Numbered from the stretch's first letter, positions 1 to 11,885 are shown. The stretch is 64,000 nucleotides of DNA from Anthoceros angustus (GCA_010909165.1 VJWM01000011.1:1116001-1180000); one strand, 5' to 3'. Numbers and translations: made by a program. Notes: a model not told the origin generated them from the sequence alone.

Positions 1-575
1 ATCTCCTTTATCCACTACTTGTTGATAGGAAATTTCATCTCCTCCTTGTCTCTTGGGCACATCGTCTCAATGAGCAAGGTCTCAACTTCCATTCGAGTGG
101 TTGCTAGGTTATAGTCTTGAATCCGATTCACCCGAATATGGTTGTCATCCAATTCGAGACTATAACTCGACATCATAATCGCATTGCTTCTACCACTCTT
201 CTATTCAACTTTTTTTTGTGTGTGCATGTAGAGGAATACATCTGTTCTTGAAATGAGAGCTCAGGTGAGTATCACACTTTGTACAACATTTTAATGTCAC
301 ACTTTCAAGAAGTGTGATAAATGTAAGATCAGTTTCTGGCCCAGGGTGTGCTCCGTTACACAAGGTGTGACAAACCTTATATTTAACTCGAGTTAGGTGA
401 ATGATCGGAGGCCATCCACTAAAATTCTGTCATGGTTAACCAACTGGCACACTTGGCATGCCCAGGTTGGTGAGCCACGGACATAACCGAAACGGCTAGT
501 CAACTCCACATAACTGAAGGGGCTAGTCAGCTCCTTGGAACGCGCCGGCTCTACCTGGTTGGTATTCCTGTTTTA

Positions 576-665
576 TCAAATTGTGTTTGCGTTGTAAATC
601 TAAACTCTTTTATTTCATCTGGATGGAATAGAAGAGTTTAGATTTACAACGCAAATATAATTTGA
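576..665. repeat. 44-bp inverted repeat (hairpin) with 2-nt loop
   Basis: 576-619 (tcaaattgtgtttgcgttgtaaatctaaactcttttatttcatc) pairs with 622-665; 4 mismatches, all G-T/G-U type on the + strand. Confidence 0.9.
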
Positions 666-839
666 AAGAATTAAGGACAAACATAATATAAAAAAATAAG
701 AGAATTAGTAATAGAATCAATTAATGAGTCCAAAAGTAGAGTTTCACTTTCATGTAATCCTAAAGTTCGAGTGTTTAATTGAAAAGCATTTTTCACAATT
801 GGAGACTTTAATGGAAGGCCAAACATTGAACCTTATTCA

Positions 840-1500
840 GAGGCCAAAGAATTGGGAGGCCAATTTGTAGAAAAAGATTGGGTAACGCAAAGCAAAATTC
901 TCAAAGTATATATAATAGCAATCACGCTTGGAGTATAAACGAAAGGAATGGAGAAAAAGGTCGCTTTGGGAAATACCGTAGCCTCGGATGCTCGTTTTAA
1001 TAGCACAGTGTACCACTGTGCTCGTGTCACATTGAACAAGAAGTTGTTGCAGCCGGGAGGCTTAAAGTTAACGTTGAGGTATTATGATGTTGCTCATTAT
1101 GTAAGAGCAAACACCGCAAGATCTGGTCCGAACAAACAAGTATTTGATTGGCTTTACGGATAAGAGCAAGCATCAATTGATGGTGAGGAAGTATATCTTT
1201 CGCTGGGAAAGTATATCAAAGTGCTCCAACACAAATCAAAGAGTGGGCAAATTTGAATGACGGTTCCACCAGGAAGACCTTGGTCGTACAAGCTCATGGC
1301 TGGGGACATACACAACAACAAAAATGAAATGGTTGTTGCAAAATCATTTCTAGTGGGCGAGAATTGGAACAATAGCTGAGGAAGTGCTCAATAGCTATCA
1401 GGCTTGTGCCCAATAAATAGGTTATATCCATGAAATGATGACAAACCAAGGAAAAGAATTCCAAGGTATTTTGGAGGACATATGGTGATGTGTTGAATGA
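840..1500 (+). mobile_element. Degenerate retroviral-type integrase remnant
   Basis: Stop- and frameshift-interrupted translation ...VPPGRPWSYKLMAGD...IAEEVLNSYQACAQ*IGYIHEMMTNQGKEFQGILED resembles the rve core (P..PW...D; A..V......G....i.TDQG.EF). Recognised by eye only. Confidence 0.4.
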
Positions 1501-1959
1501 ACATAACCTATCAATTACAAAACAAAGCAAACCTATGAACTAGCAAAGAAAACTATTAAACAAAAGAAAACTATTGTACAAAATTAAACTATTAACTAAT
1601 GTAGCAATTAAACCGAGGAACGTAACTTAGGAACTGTGAGGAGAAGTGTGGAGAAACTACTCGTTCCCGCTATGGGCAATGCTAGCAAGCACACACTTTG
1701 TTTGGACAAGAGAGTTGTGAAAGCAGAGCATGTTATCCTAATAGGGAAGTGCATACCTCCGCCAAGTTGAAGGGGCAGCCAAGACTGGGTAGACGATCAT
1801 ATAACAGGAGGGGAGTCCCTCCCCAACGTTAAGCGGGGAGCATTTGTCTAGACTCCACCATGCTTCTGATGATTGCTAGTATTTACTGAAGACTTGTTGT
1901 TCCAAGCCCTTCTTCACATTATTGTTGTGTGCCTTAGTTGCCTTTTTATCTTACACTCC

Positions 1960-4344
1960 TTATATGTGTATGAGAGGCCCGTGAGTCTGATGCCTGCAGC
2001 CTACATGTGAGAGTAGTATCTTGAACGGTTGTGAAGCTAATCTTAACGTGGACAAACTAGTGCTAGAAAGAAGCATCCATTTTCTTCGATCTACATATAT
2101 GTAATTAGCCATCTCTGATATAAAAGGTTGAAAGTCTGGTTGGTATGAAAGTGTAATACAATCTGAAGTCTGGAGCATCGCCCTATGAAGGCAAATCATG
2201 ATCGATATCGGTTGCAACTGGGATATTGGCCATCATTGTCGAACTCATGAGATTTAGAAAGTACTTCTGAGACTAAGGGATCTTCATGGAAAGTAACGCT
2301 CCTCACAAAGGTAACAGCCCTTGTCTCTAGATTGAATAATTTATAGGCTTTGATGCCGTCACCATAGCCTATGAACACTAATGACACTCCTTATGTTTGG
2401 GAATAGGGCTGAAGCTGCAAGCAGTGCAGCCAAATATTCGAAGGTGTGAAATTGAGGGCATGGAGCTTGTCCATAGCTTGTACGGGGTTCGGCCTTGGAT
2501 GAAGCGAGAGGGAAGCCTGTTCTTTAGGCATGTGGCTGTGGCTATGACCTCAGCCCAATACCCCTTGTTCAGTCCTGCATATCTCATCATTTCTCGGGCC
2601 ATTCTCTATAACGTTTGATTTAGTCTTTTTACTATGCCATTTTGTTGGGGTGTATAGGCTACTATGTACTGACAGACGATTCCTTTCTCTTGGCAGAAGA
2701 TGTGAAACTGTTGAGATATAACCCCAACGGTATAGGAGCCTGTACATGAGGCCTATAGTTGGCCAATCTTGGTCAACATAGAGCAGGAATCGTTGAAGGT
2801 AAGGGTGAATTGGCGCATTTTCATCAGCCTAGATACTGAAATTAGGTTCTTTACCATTGCAAGGACATGAAGGACATTTATCAGGACCAAGTGAGTTTTA
2901 TCAGTAAGGATACGGAGTACTTCTCCTTTTCCTTCCTCTCAAAGTCCCGAATCATTGTCTAACATCACAAAGATGTCTATGGGAGTTAGAAGATATGTGA
3001 TGAAGAAAGAGCGAGTATGGCAAATGTGCACTAATGCACATGAATCGAGGTACCATCTCGTATGATCTATTGGATTTCTAGTACTGTAGACAGCCACAAT
3101 TCCTGGTGATGACGACACTGGGGATTTTCGTGTGTTTGTTGTGGAGGCGATATTGGCTGTAGGTGAAGTTCTTTGAAGTATGCCTGCAGCCTATTTCTTG
3201 TAATCATTCTCCTAGTGTCCCTGGATTCCGCAACAATTACAACTTCCTTCCTTTCTTTGGTTTAGACCAAGTTGTCTCCCTTGGGGAGGCCTGGTTAGTG
3301 AACGATCGAATTTGTCTTATCTATATTGTGGCCTGTAGAATTGGCCACGGCCACGGCCTGATCCAACATACGTAATGCAACCAGATCTAGAGCTTGAGGA
3401 AGCTTGTCATGTAAGATTATCTTGTATAAAAGCTGAGAGGACTTCTATAAGGATGCCCTCAACACGCCTTGGCTCCACTACCTTTCTTGTAGACTTTTTG
3501 TGCATCTCGAATTTTGGGAGTTTGTGAGGTGATGAAATTGTGCTGACTTGGAGGCAGGGTGTATAGGAACACAACTATTGTCTTGACTTCATCAATCTTC
3601 CAAACGGAGGTGGCTAGTTTGGCACAGACTATTCTGAAGGCAGATATATGGTATTGAACCGTATCTGTCTCCATCTTAAGTGAGAATAAATTTCTCAACG
3701 CCACTACCATTGTGCCGAAATCTTCTGGTTGGTACAGGTTTGCAAGCTGTGACTTGGTCTGAGATGCTGTGGTTGTTCTATCGACTTGATGTAGCATCTT
3801 TCACTCAAGACCGGCATGGATTAATTTCTTTGCTTTTTTATCCTTTTTCTTCCATAGGTCCACATCAGCTTGATTTGATTTTGCTGGATCAAGTACAACC
3901 TTTGGTTCAGAACCATTGACTATCCCCATGAGGTCAGACTCATTGAGGATGGAGGACATACGTATGAGCCAAGTATCATACACTGAGCTGTTAAATATGT
4001 GCCTGTCTTTAATATCAACATTGTAGTTATTGATGGTGGTACCCATGGTAATTGCAGGTCTTTTGAAGTATCAAAATTGTAGTGCTGAAGTCTAAGGTGA
4101 GACTTGTGTAGATATGTTGGCTTAATCTTAGCGATGCAACATAATGAATATTGTCATAATTGCCATTGTTGGTTTAATAGAACCAATCTACCGAGCAGAA
4201 CAAAGTGTCAATGGCTTCTACCCAGACACGGGCAATCAGTTCTTCCCTGGTCCATAGCCTGCCAGGGTATTGATATAATGTTGCCATGGCAATCAGGAAC
4301 AATGATCATTATAGATGATCATTATAGTACCGGCTCTGATACCA
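1960..4344 (-). mobile_element. Truncated Ty1/Copia retrotransposon (gag, integrase; RT/RH and 3' LTR not seen)
   Basis: gag-like ORFs 3801-4046 (FNSSVYDTWLIRMSSILNESDLMGIVNG) and 3459-3797. Integrase ORFs 2378-2602 (MAREMMRYAGLNKGYWAEVIATATCLKNRLP...GRTPYKLW...ISHLRIFGC) and 2196-2387 (VFIGYGDGIKAYKLFN). Confidence 0.85.
4332..4344 (-). promoter_or_regulatory. tRNA-iMet primer binding site of the Copia element
   Basis: Minus strand reads TGGTATCAGAGCC directly after ...CCTTATCA (LTR-type CA end), upstream of gag. Confidence 0.85.
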
Positions 4345-4924
4345 TGATAAGGTTTTGGTGGAAGAAAGAATCAATTAAGATTGTGATACGGATTACAGAG
4401 CATTTTGTGATGTGCATAAGTGTCTGCTACATGAAACGACACAACTCTACGAAAAGACGCGATCCTATGTTCATGACCACATGTTCTTATCCATTTAATT
4501 ATGAAGCCTAAATGTGAAACGTACTCTAACCTCTAACTTCTTGCAACAGCTCAAGGGCGCTATCTTTCAACAGTGTTGTCTACGATGTTGAGCTTGGCTA
4601 TCTTTGCTTCGCCGTCCTCGTGTCCTACAGCTTGCATCCACTGGCTCGGCCCACCACAGTTCTGAGGTTGAGATTTGGACTCCTGTTCATTTTATCTCTG
4701 TTTATCTATCAAGAAATTCATGGAAAATAATTAATCCCTACTTATAATATAATTAATTACCAATTAATTACTACTGATCGACAACACACATCCACGCAAG
4801 ATATGCCCCACAAGCCATATTAGCGGGAGTTTTCGGGATACGCAACCCAATTGCTTGCAACTTGTTCAAGTGGTGGCACACTTTAGCACTAACCTGGGGC
4901 TGGCCAAGATGGCACAAGCTAAGG

Positions 4925-5302
4925 TTGCATACAAGTGTGTTGTGTAGGCTCTCTTTTGCTGCCACTAGCTGCAATTCTCGGGCTTGGTTGGAGCCCTTGG
5001 CTGGCAAACGGTTGCAAACGAGTGTGTTGCGTAGGCCCTCTTTTGCTGCCACTAGCTGCAATTCTATGGCTTGGTTGGAGCCCTTGGCTGGCAAACAGTT
5101 GCAAACGAGTGTGTTATGAGGCTCTCTTTTGCGCCACTAGCTGCAATTCTATGGCTTGGTTGGAGCCCTTGGGCGGCAACGATTTGCAACGAGTGTGTTG
5201 CGTGGGCCCTCTTTTGCCGCCACTAGCTGCAATTCTATGGCTTGGTTGGAGCCCTTGGCTGGCAAACAGTTGCAAACGAGTGTGTTGCGTAGGCTCTCTT
5301 TG
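4925..5302. repeat. 87-bp minisatellite, about 4.3 copies
   Basis: Unit starts (agtgtgttg...) at 4934, 5021, 5108, 5192 and 5279; spacing 87, 87, 84, 87. Confidence 0.92.
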
Positions 5303-6311
5303 TGTCCAGGCACACCATAATACAAGGCATAATTGGGAAAATGCTCCAGCCAAGTGATAATGCATTCATAATGCTCGCGTATCAAATGTGGTTTCTTCCC
5401 AACACCAAGGGCACCTTTCTTTCTCATAGAATTAGTGGCAGTTGTGGGCAGGCTAAGATTGCCTGAAAGCAGTGATTCTACCATTTTTTTACAGCTGTCA
5501 ATTGCAAGACAAACTGCCATGCTTCAACCCAAGATCACTTAGCCACAAATTGCGTATCTCCTACTGAATGGCGATTGCTTTGAAGCACTCACAACTATTT
5601 GCAGCCAGTTGAAATTACATTTCCAGCCAAGGCGCACCCTTGGCTAGCCACCATCCGCGTGCAAGATTGCCTTCCCATCGGATGGGTGTGCAAGAACAAT
5701 GGGCTTCCCGCCAAACCGGTGTGCAAGAATGAACAAGATAGCTGCGGAAGAGGCGCAACTCGCTGGGACATACACTTGCCTAAAAATTAAAATATCAGAG
5801 GTGTTATTTATGATTGGAGGAGATGGATGATATGTCATGGGTGTCGGGGTTGATACGAGGGGAGACCAAAGCACGATATGAGGGCTGATAAATTTTTAAT
5901 ATTTTATAACTAAGAACCCCTTATTATTATTATTGTTATTTTGTTCGAGTGTTTAACAAACTACCATGCTTTTGCAGGATTCGAACCTTGTCTAGTTTGA
6001 TGTGCTTTATGTGAAAACGATACTCTTCTATCAATCGGAATGTGGACGGAAATTGACTGAAACCGCATGACCAGTCCGGAACGGATCAGATCAACTTCCA
6101 TTCATTTCGGATTTGAGAAAGGCGATGGGAATCGGCTCCAAAGCTCTTTCGTAGTTACGAATCCTTCATGTTACATATGCTAAATATGAACCTATGTATG
6201 TACATGAATCGGTGTTGAATAAATGCCTCGATGGCCTTTACTGCCCATGGACGTTGATGCTAGTTTAGTAGCTATTGTAGCAGAGAAGGGAGGGTCAGCA
6301 CGCAGGGCGAG

Positions 6312-8636
6312 ATGGTGATGCCGCTAGAGCTGCCATTACTGCTGCCCTTGTCGTCAAAATTTTCACTTCTGGATTCGCAGACACTGTTTTTGGTGACCAA
6401 ACGGCAACGGATATGGCTGGAGTCGACATGTGTGCTTCCTCCTCCTCCCAACAAGCAAGGCTCTCTGAGAGATGGAGGATTTCTGTGTCACAGTTTCCCA
6501 CCATCCAAGCTTGGTGGTGGCACACGCTCTGCGTCCTCTGGAGGAAACTACACCATTGAAGGACTGCCGAGAAGAAAGCGACAGGAACTTTTGTGGCAAG
6601 ATTATTTCCTAGATCCCACACAATGGTGGGACAACAGGTCGGATAAGAGGAGTACCCGCCATCCTGACTTCAGGCACAAGACTTCTAAGGAGTGTCTTTG
6701 GCTGGACAGCAGGCACAAGCCTGAATGGGTGGATTCTCAGCTAGCCAGGTGGGATGCCGAGATGAAGGAGTGCGCTGGGTCCTCAAATTGTCCCAGCACT
6801 GGTGGCCCTACGGATGAAGGGCATTGGATGATAAACCGACGCTGTGATGAAGGAGAACTGAGGGAGGCCGTGGAAGCATTGGAGCTCCTTGTGCTGGGAG
6901 GATGTCAGGTTAGCGACACACTCTTCTATCGTGTGCTGAAGATGTGTATGGCGGAAAGTGATCTGACGCTCGGCAGTCGAGTTCATGGTCTTGCTCTCAG
7001 AGGTGGGCACGAATCAAATGCATTTTTGGCTAACCAAGTCATTGGCATGTATGCCTTGCATGGGAAATTGGAGGAAGCAGTGCAGGCATTTCGCAAAGTG
7101 AGTGTACCAAATGCCTACATGTGGTCTTCCATCATTTTGGCACATGCCCGTCATGGGCAACCCAGGGCGGCCATCAACTTTTACCGAGAGATGCGAGAAA
7201 CAAGTGTGAAGCCGGACAACCATATATTTGTAGCAGTCCTCAAGGCTTGTGCCAGTGCAGAGGATCTGGGTTTTGGCAAGCTGGTTCATGCTGATATTTC
7301 TGTGAGTGCTATTAGAGTTAATATCTTTGTTGGCAACAGCCTGGTGAGCATGTATGCAAAGTGCGGGAGCTTGGAGGATGCTCGTAAAGTGTTTGACCGT
7401 CTGCCCTCCAGAGATGTGGTGACCTGGACTGCCATGATTGCTGGATACACACACCAGGGGCTCGGGCGAGAAGCTCTGGCTCTGTTTGGTGGGATGCAGC
7501 AGCAGGGCATTACTCCTGCCGATCATTTTACGTTAGCTTGCCTCCTCCGAGCATGTGCCAGTGTCGGAGCACTGCAACAGGGGAAGCTGCTCCATGAGCA
7601 GGTTCGTGAACGAGGACTTGAGGTTGATCTAGTTGTTGCCAACTGCTTGGTGGATATGTACGCCAAATGTGGGAGCCTTGAAGCTGCTCGCAGAGTCTTC
7701 GATGCCTTGCCCAAACGGGATGTTGTTACATGGAGTGCCCTTCTCAATGGCTATGCTCAACACGGAAATGGGCAAATGGCCATACAGTGTTTTGAGGAGA
7801 TGCTTCAGCATGGAGTGGAGCCTAATGGGACTACGTTTCTTTGCCTTCTAGTGGCATGCAGTCACGCTGGGCTTGTTCGTGAAGGCCAGCAATATTTCAG
7901 GATGATGGTCGAAGAGCATGGTATCTCACCTACTGATTCTCACTACAACTGCATGGTTGATATTCTTGGGCGCTCAGGCCTCCTGGACGAGGCAGAAGAC
8001 ATCTTGCAGACTGAGCCATTTGAGAATTACATGATCGGATGGACGTCTTTGCTGAGTGCCTGCAAATCCCATGGCGACACAGAACGTGGCAGGCGATGTT
8101 TTGAGCATCTTGTAGGATTGGAACCCGCAAATGCAACATCCTATGTTCTCATGGCTAACACCTATGCAAATGCTGGCAGGTGGAATGATGTAGACAGAAT
8201 AGAACATCTGAGAAAGTCTGCAGCTGCATGGAAGAAGCCAGCAAAGGTGTGCATCGAAGTAAACAAGGAAGTGCACGAGTTCACTGTGGGAGAAGAGAGG
8301 TCCGATATAACATCCAAGCTGAAGAGCGTGAGTGCGAGGTTAAAGGAGGAAGGAGGCCATGTGCCACAAACAGAACTGGTGCTGAAGACAGTACCTGAGA
8401 AGGAGAAAGAAGATGCACTGTGTGGCCATGCAGAGAAGTTGGCTTTGGCATATGGCCTGCTCAACACTCCTGACGGCACACCTTTGCTGGTGACCAAGAA
8501 TCTCCGCATGTGCAACGACTGCCACAGTAGCACCAAGATTTTGTCCCGCCTTGAAAGGCGAGAGATTGTAGTGAGAGATGCTCACCGAGTTCACCATTTC
8601 CAGGGCGGGTCCTGCTCATGTGGGGATCGGCATTGA
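6312..8636 (+). CDS. PLS-PPR-E1-E2-DYW:KP (DRH-type) candidate U-to-C editing factor with N-terminal OSB-like PDF motif; intronless, 774 aa
   Basis: About 12 P/L/S motifs (e.g. VVTWTAMIAGY, NSLVSMYAKCGSLEDARKVFD), E1/E2, KKPAKVCIEV (KP box), CGHAEKLALAYG, MCNDCH and C-terminal CSCGDRH. Motif LWQDYFLDPTQWWDNRSDKRSTRHPDFRHK at 6591-6743. Confidence 0.95.
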   Translation: MVMPLELPLLLPLSSKFSLLDSQTLFLVTKRQRIWLESTCVLPPPPNKQGSLRDGGFLCHSFPPSKLGGGTRSASSGGNYTIEGLPRRKRQELLWQDYFLDPTQWWDNRSDKRSTRHPDFRHKTSKECLWLDSRHKPEWVDSQLARWDAEMKECAGSSNCPSTGGPTDEGHWMINRRCDEGELREAVEALELLVLGGCQVSDTLFYRVLKMCMAESDLTLGSRVHGLALRGGHESNAFLANQVIGMYALHGKLEEAVQAFRKVSVPNAYMWSSIILAHARHGQPRAAINFYREMRETSVKPDNHIFVAVLKACASAEDLGFGKLVHADISVSAIRVNIFVGNSLVSMYAKCGSLEDARKVFDRLPSRDVVTWTAMIAGYTHQGLGREALALFGGMQQQGITPADHFTLACLLRACASVGALQQGKLLHEQVRERGLEVDLVVANCLVDMYAKCGSLEAARRVFDALPKRDVVTWSALLNGYAQHGNGQMAIQCFEEMLQHGVEPNGTTFLCLLVACSHAGLVREGQQYFRMMVEEHGISPTDSHYNCMVDILGRSGLLDEAEDILQTEPFENYMIGWTSLLSACKSHGDTERGRRCFEHLVGLEPANATSYVLMANTYANAGRWNDVDRIEHLRKSAAAWKKPAKVCIEVNKEVHEFTVGEERSDITSKLKSVSARLKEEGGHVPQTELVLKTVPEKEKEDALCGHAEKLALAYGLLNTPDGTPLLVTKNLRMCNDCHSSTKILSRLERREIVVRDAHRVHHFQGGSCSCGDRH

Positions 8637-10177
8637 CAGATTACATATGGTGGAAGACTGTGACTCCAGTGGATTCAAGGAATGTTGAGCAGAACCGGCT
8701 CTGACTACCAATCTGATTGCACCTAAACACAGGACCCTCGTGACATGACAACGACAGGTGGGTCGCCAGAGAGCACGACCGCCACACAGACTTTACTGCC
8801 TCTGGATCTCGGGTGAGTGACTTCATCTTGTCAGTATGCCATTCTGAGACGTCAGTATGTGCATGCAAGAAAAGGGCGAGGGGGGCATTTGCTGATCCTG
8901 GTGCCGAATCGGTGCAGGGAGTGAAGCCAGAATGTTCCAGAGGGATGCTCCATTCAACTCAGATTACTAAGGAAGATCAGCACGCATTGAACTATGGATT
9001 AGGAACTGTTCCAAAGGAAAGAGCTTGGGGAACGTTCATATCAAGCCAAATTCACAGTGACGAAACACATTAAATGACATAAATCATCCACATGCTTCAG
9101 GTAGGCGAACCTGGGCTCTCAAAAAATGGAGCCTAACTCCATCTTCTTTCACGAATCGATCTCTGCTTTATATGATGTACACCATCATAAAGTTGTATGT
9201 GAAAAGGTACATGTACCTAAGTAAGTCCTCTCCTCTTGTAGATGCTTTGCTACTGCAGCCTGTGCAGGGCTTGGTGGGCATGTCGGAAATAGAGGAATTC
9301 TTTATTGGCAATGGAATGTTTTCCATGTACTTCAATGCCTCTGCCTAGTTGTATTCTATACACTCAAGGAGCTGGCCAAGTCGGACTCCCTTTCTCATCG
9401 GCACCTCTTTTTCGGCGCTCATAAATTTACAGCCCGCATGCTGCATGCGTAGCACAGAATATAATTCAGGGTAGACACGACGCCAGCCTTTGCTGAAGGC
9501 TGAAGCGGGGATTCCTAAGTCAAGCAAGTCAATCGGAAACTTCCAAGCTGGCAAACACGACGAAAGCTCGCACACGTCACGATTGAAGATGTTAAGAAAT
9601 TCCAAATATCTGCTGAATCTATTCCCTGCTGTGGGCGAGGCGCAGGATGTGGGATGAAGTAAGCATTCCTGGTACGTCCTGACTGACAAAATTGTCAGAT
9701 CCTGAACAGGTTTTTGTTTTGTATAGATGGGTAATACATAATAATTGTCCAGGGTATGTACCATGTTGCCAGCAACATGAGGTGATGATGCAGGAATCCC
9801 ATTTCGGTTTGTCTATATTACACGGCACGGCGTTTCACAGCCCAGGCGTTGTCTTGGAGCAAGGCAAGCACCACAGCGAAAACGTCAACTCACTAACTTC
9901 CAGTGCATTTTTACCTGTGGCCACGTACATGTATCAGTCACAGATCACGCTGGCATCAGGCATGTCAGAGAGCAAGACCTGCTGCTTCAGGATCTCCATC
10001 CGTTCTTCCACGAATCCTAGCAAACCACCAATCAGCTTACTAAAACCTGTGGGGACAGATTTAGTCCTTACCGAGAGCCCAGATGGCAGATCAGATCAGG
10101 TCCACAGGCTGCTTTCCGGCATGCCTGCCTGCTGCAGATATATGCCACCCAGTTGGCCACGGCAGATGCACATAAAG

Positions 10178-11419
10178 TTAGAGGCCTTTAGGCTTCTCGA
10201 CCTTCTGGGTTTGAGACGGTGAATCCGGAAGCACCTGTCTGTCGTCACTGCTGGTTCGCTCGAGGTTAGAACTCTGAGACGAGAACTCTTGGGAATCCTC
10301 CAGAAGCGTGAGATCCTCGACTCCCAAGTCCTCCTTGTTGAGCCTCATGGAACCCACCGAGCCAGACCTCCTCAGGCTGGATCCCAAACGACCCACACTC
10401 GTGGAACGCAGCATCCGTGGGCCGGGGCTTCCCTCCGATGGTAAAGAATTAGCTGAAACGAGCCCCCTCGGAGACCCACCTGCAGCTGCTCCTCCCTTGG
10501 GTGATCCAGATGCTGCCGCCTTTGGAGAAAGAGATGATGCTCCTGATAGAAAGTTCTGCAACTCAACACCACGCACAGCCTGCCTGAAGGATAGAGAATT
10601 CCTGGACAGAGTCCTCTTCAATTCAGCCTGTCCTGGTCTGGCTGCTTCCTCGGTTTTCAGGTCAGTGTCTGGTGCTGCACCTTTAGAGTCCTCCGCTGGC
10701 ATCCTAAACGACCCACCATCGACCCTCCGCCCGCTCTGCCCTCGAACCGATCCCGCTCTCAAGAACGCCCTGAGATTCTCCAAATCAATGGCATCCTGGT
10801 CGTGAATGGTGACCACCACATCCCCGTTCCCCGCAGCTTCCCCATCCGGCTGCTCCTCCGGGGTCGTCCGGTTCACCGAACCAGACCTAAACGAGAAGCG
10901 CCCAGAACTCCAGAATGCGCCAGTGGCCACATCAGAGCCCGGCTCGGGCAGGGCCGGAGCCAGGCTACATCGACAGAGCGGGCAGGTGGTGTGATTCTGA
11001 AACCAGGCATCAATACACTCGGGATGGAAGCAATGCCCGCACTTGGGCAGCATCCGCAACCTCTCCTCATCCTCAAACTCACACAAACATACAGCACACT
11101 CCGTCGTCACATTAGCTGCCTTCAGCGCCCTCGCCTCGCTGTAACTCACCAAAGGAAACGTCTCGTATACGGACTTGTCCAACCCGATCTCCGCCCTCGC
11201 CGCCGTAGCCATCCGCGCGGGATCCCTCAAATGAGCCAATTGTGCTTCGTACTCCGAAGACGCGCACCTCTTCACATACACGGAGAAGAATCCCATGATG
11301 AAGAACGCAGACACCAACACCACGATTATGATCGCCATGCTAGCATTAAAGTGCGAGTAAGCGTTGAACGTGCTGGGCGGAGGCGGAGGAATCGGCGGCG
11401 GAGAAAAGAGAGAACCCAT
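10178..11419 (-). CDS. ATL-family RING-H2 E3 ubiquitin ligase (TM helix, GLD motif, RING-H2); intronless
   Basis: MAIIIVVLVSAFFIMGFFSVY (TM), GLDKSVYETFP and CAVCLCEFEDEERLRMLPKCGHCFHPECIDAWFQNHTTCPLCR. Likely start is ATG 11419 (MGSLFSP). Confidence 0.92.
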   Translation of the reverse strand: MGSLFSPPPIPPPPPSTFNAYSHFNASMAIIIVVLVSAFFIMGFFSVYVKRCASSEYEAQLAHLRDPARMATAARAEIGLDKSVYETFPLVSYSEARALKAANVTTECAVCLCEFEDEERLRMLPKCGHCFHPECIDAWFQNHTTCPLCRCSLAPALPEPGSDVATGAFWSSGRFSFRSGSVNRTTPEEQPDGEAAGNGDVVVTIHDQDAIDLENLRAFLRAGSVRGQSGRRVDGGSFRMPAEDSKGAAPDTDLKTEEAARPGQAELKRTLSRNSLSFRQAVRGVELQNFLSGASSLSPKAAASGSPKGGAAAGGSPRGLVSANSLPSEGSPGPRMLRSTSVGRLGSSLRRSGSVGSMRLNKEDLGVEDLTLLEDSQEFSSQSSNLERTSSDDRQVLPDSPSQTQKVEKPKGL

Positions 11420-11885
11420 ATCCCGATCCCTCCTGATACAACCCAAAACCGAGCCCCTTCCCCACCCTTCCCCGGAACCCACAAATCCCTGAAAACCCAC
11501 AAATCCTTTGAAACTTCCACTCCCGATCCGCTCCTGCCCAGCTCGCAAAGGCTAAACACGACGCAACTCCTCCTTCCTCCTCAAACCTGTACAGGATCCG
11601 CTCATTGCAAGATGGAACCACCGCTCCTTGATGCTCTTGAGAAAACAATGAAGCTCTCCTTCCCCTTCCAGCAACCTCCGCTCCATGCGCATAATATACA
11701 GGCGTAATATACAAGCGCGGACTCGGCACTCGTTCTTGCTCGGCCTTGCTCTGGTCTTGATGTTCCGGGTGCTGCAACCGGGATCGGTAAAAGATGGTCG
11801 TTCAATCCGGCCCCGGTCGTGAGGAGGGCGAGGCCCAGCCTTCGAGGCAGAAGACCTCTCTCCACCAGGAGTCAGCCCGCGGGAT

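Noticed and set aside
5957-5995. tRNA B-box-like GGTTCGAATCC on the minus strand
   Set aside because: No acceptor stem, D-arm or anticodon arm can be folded around it; not called as a tRNA.
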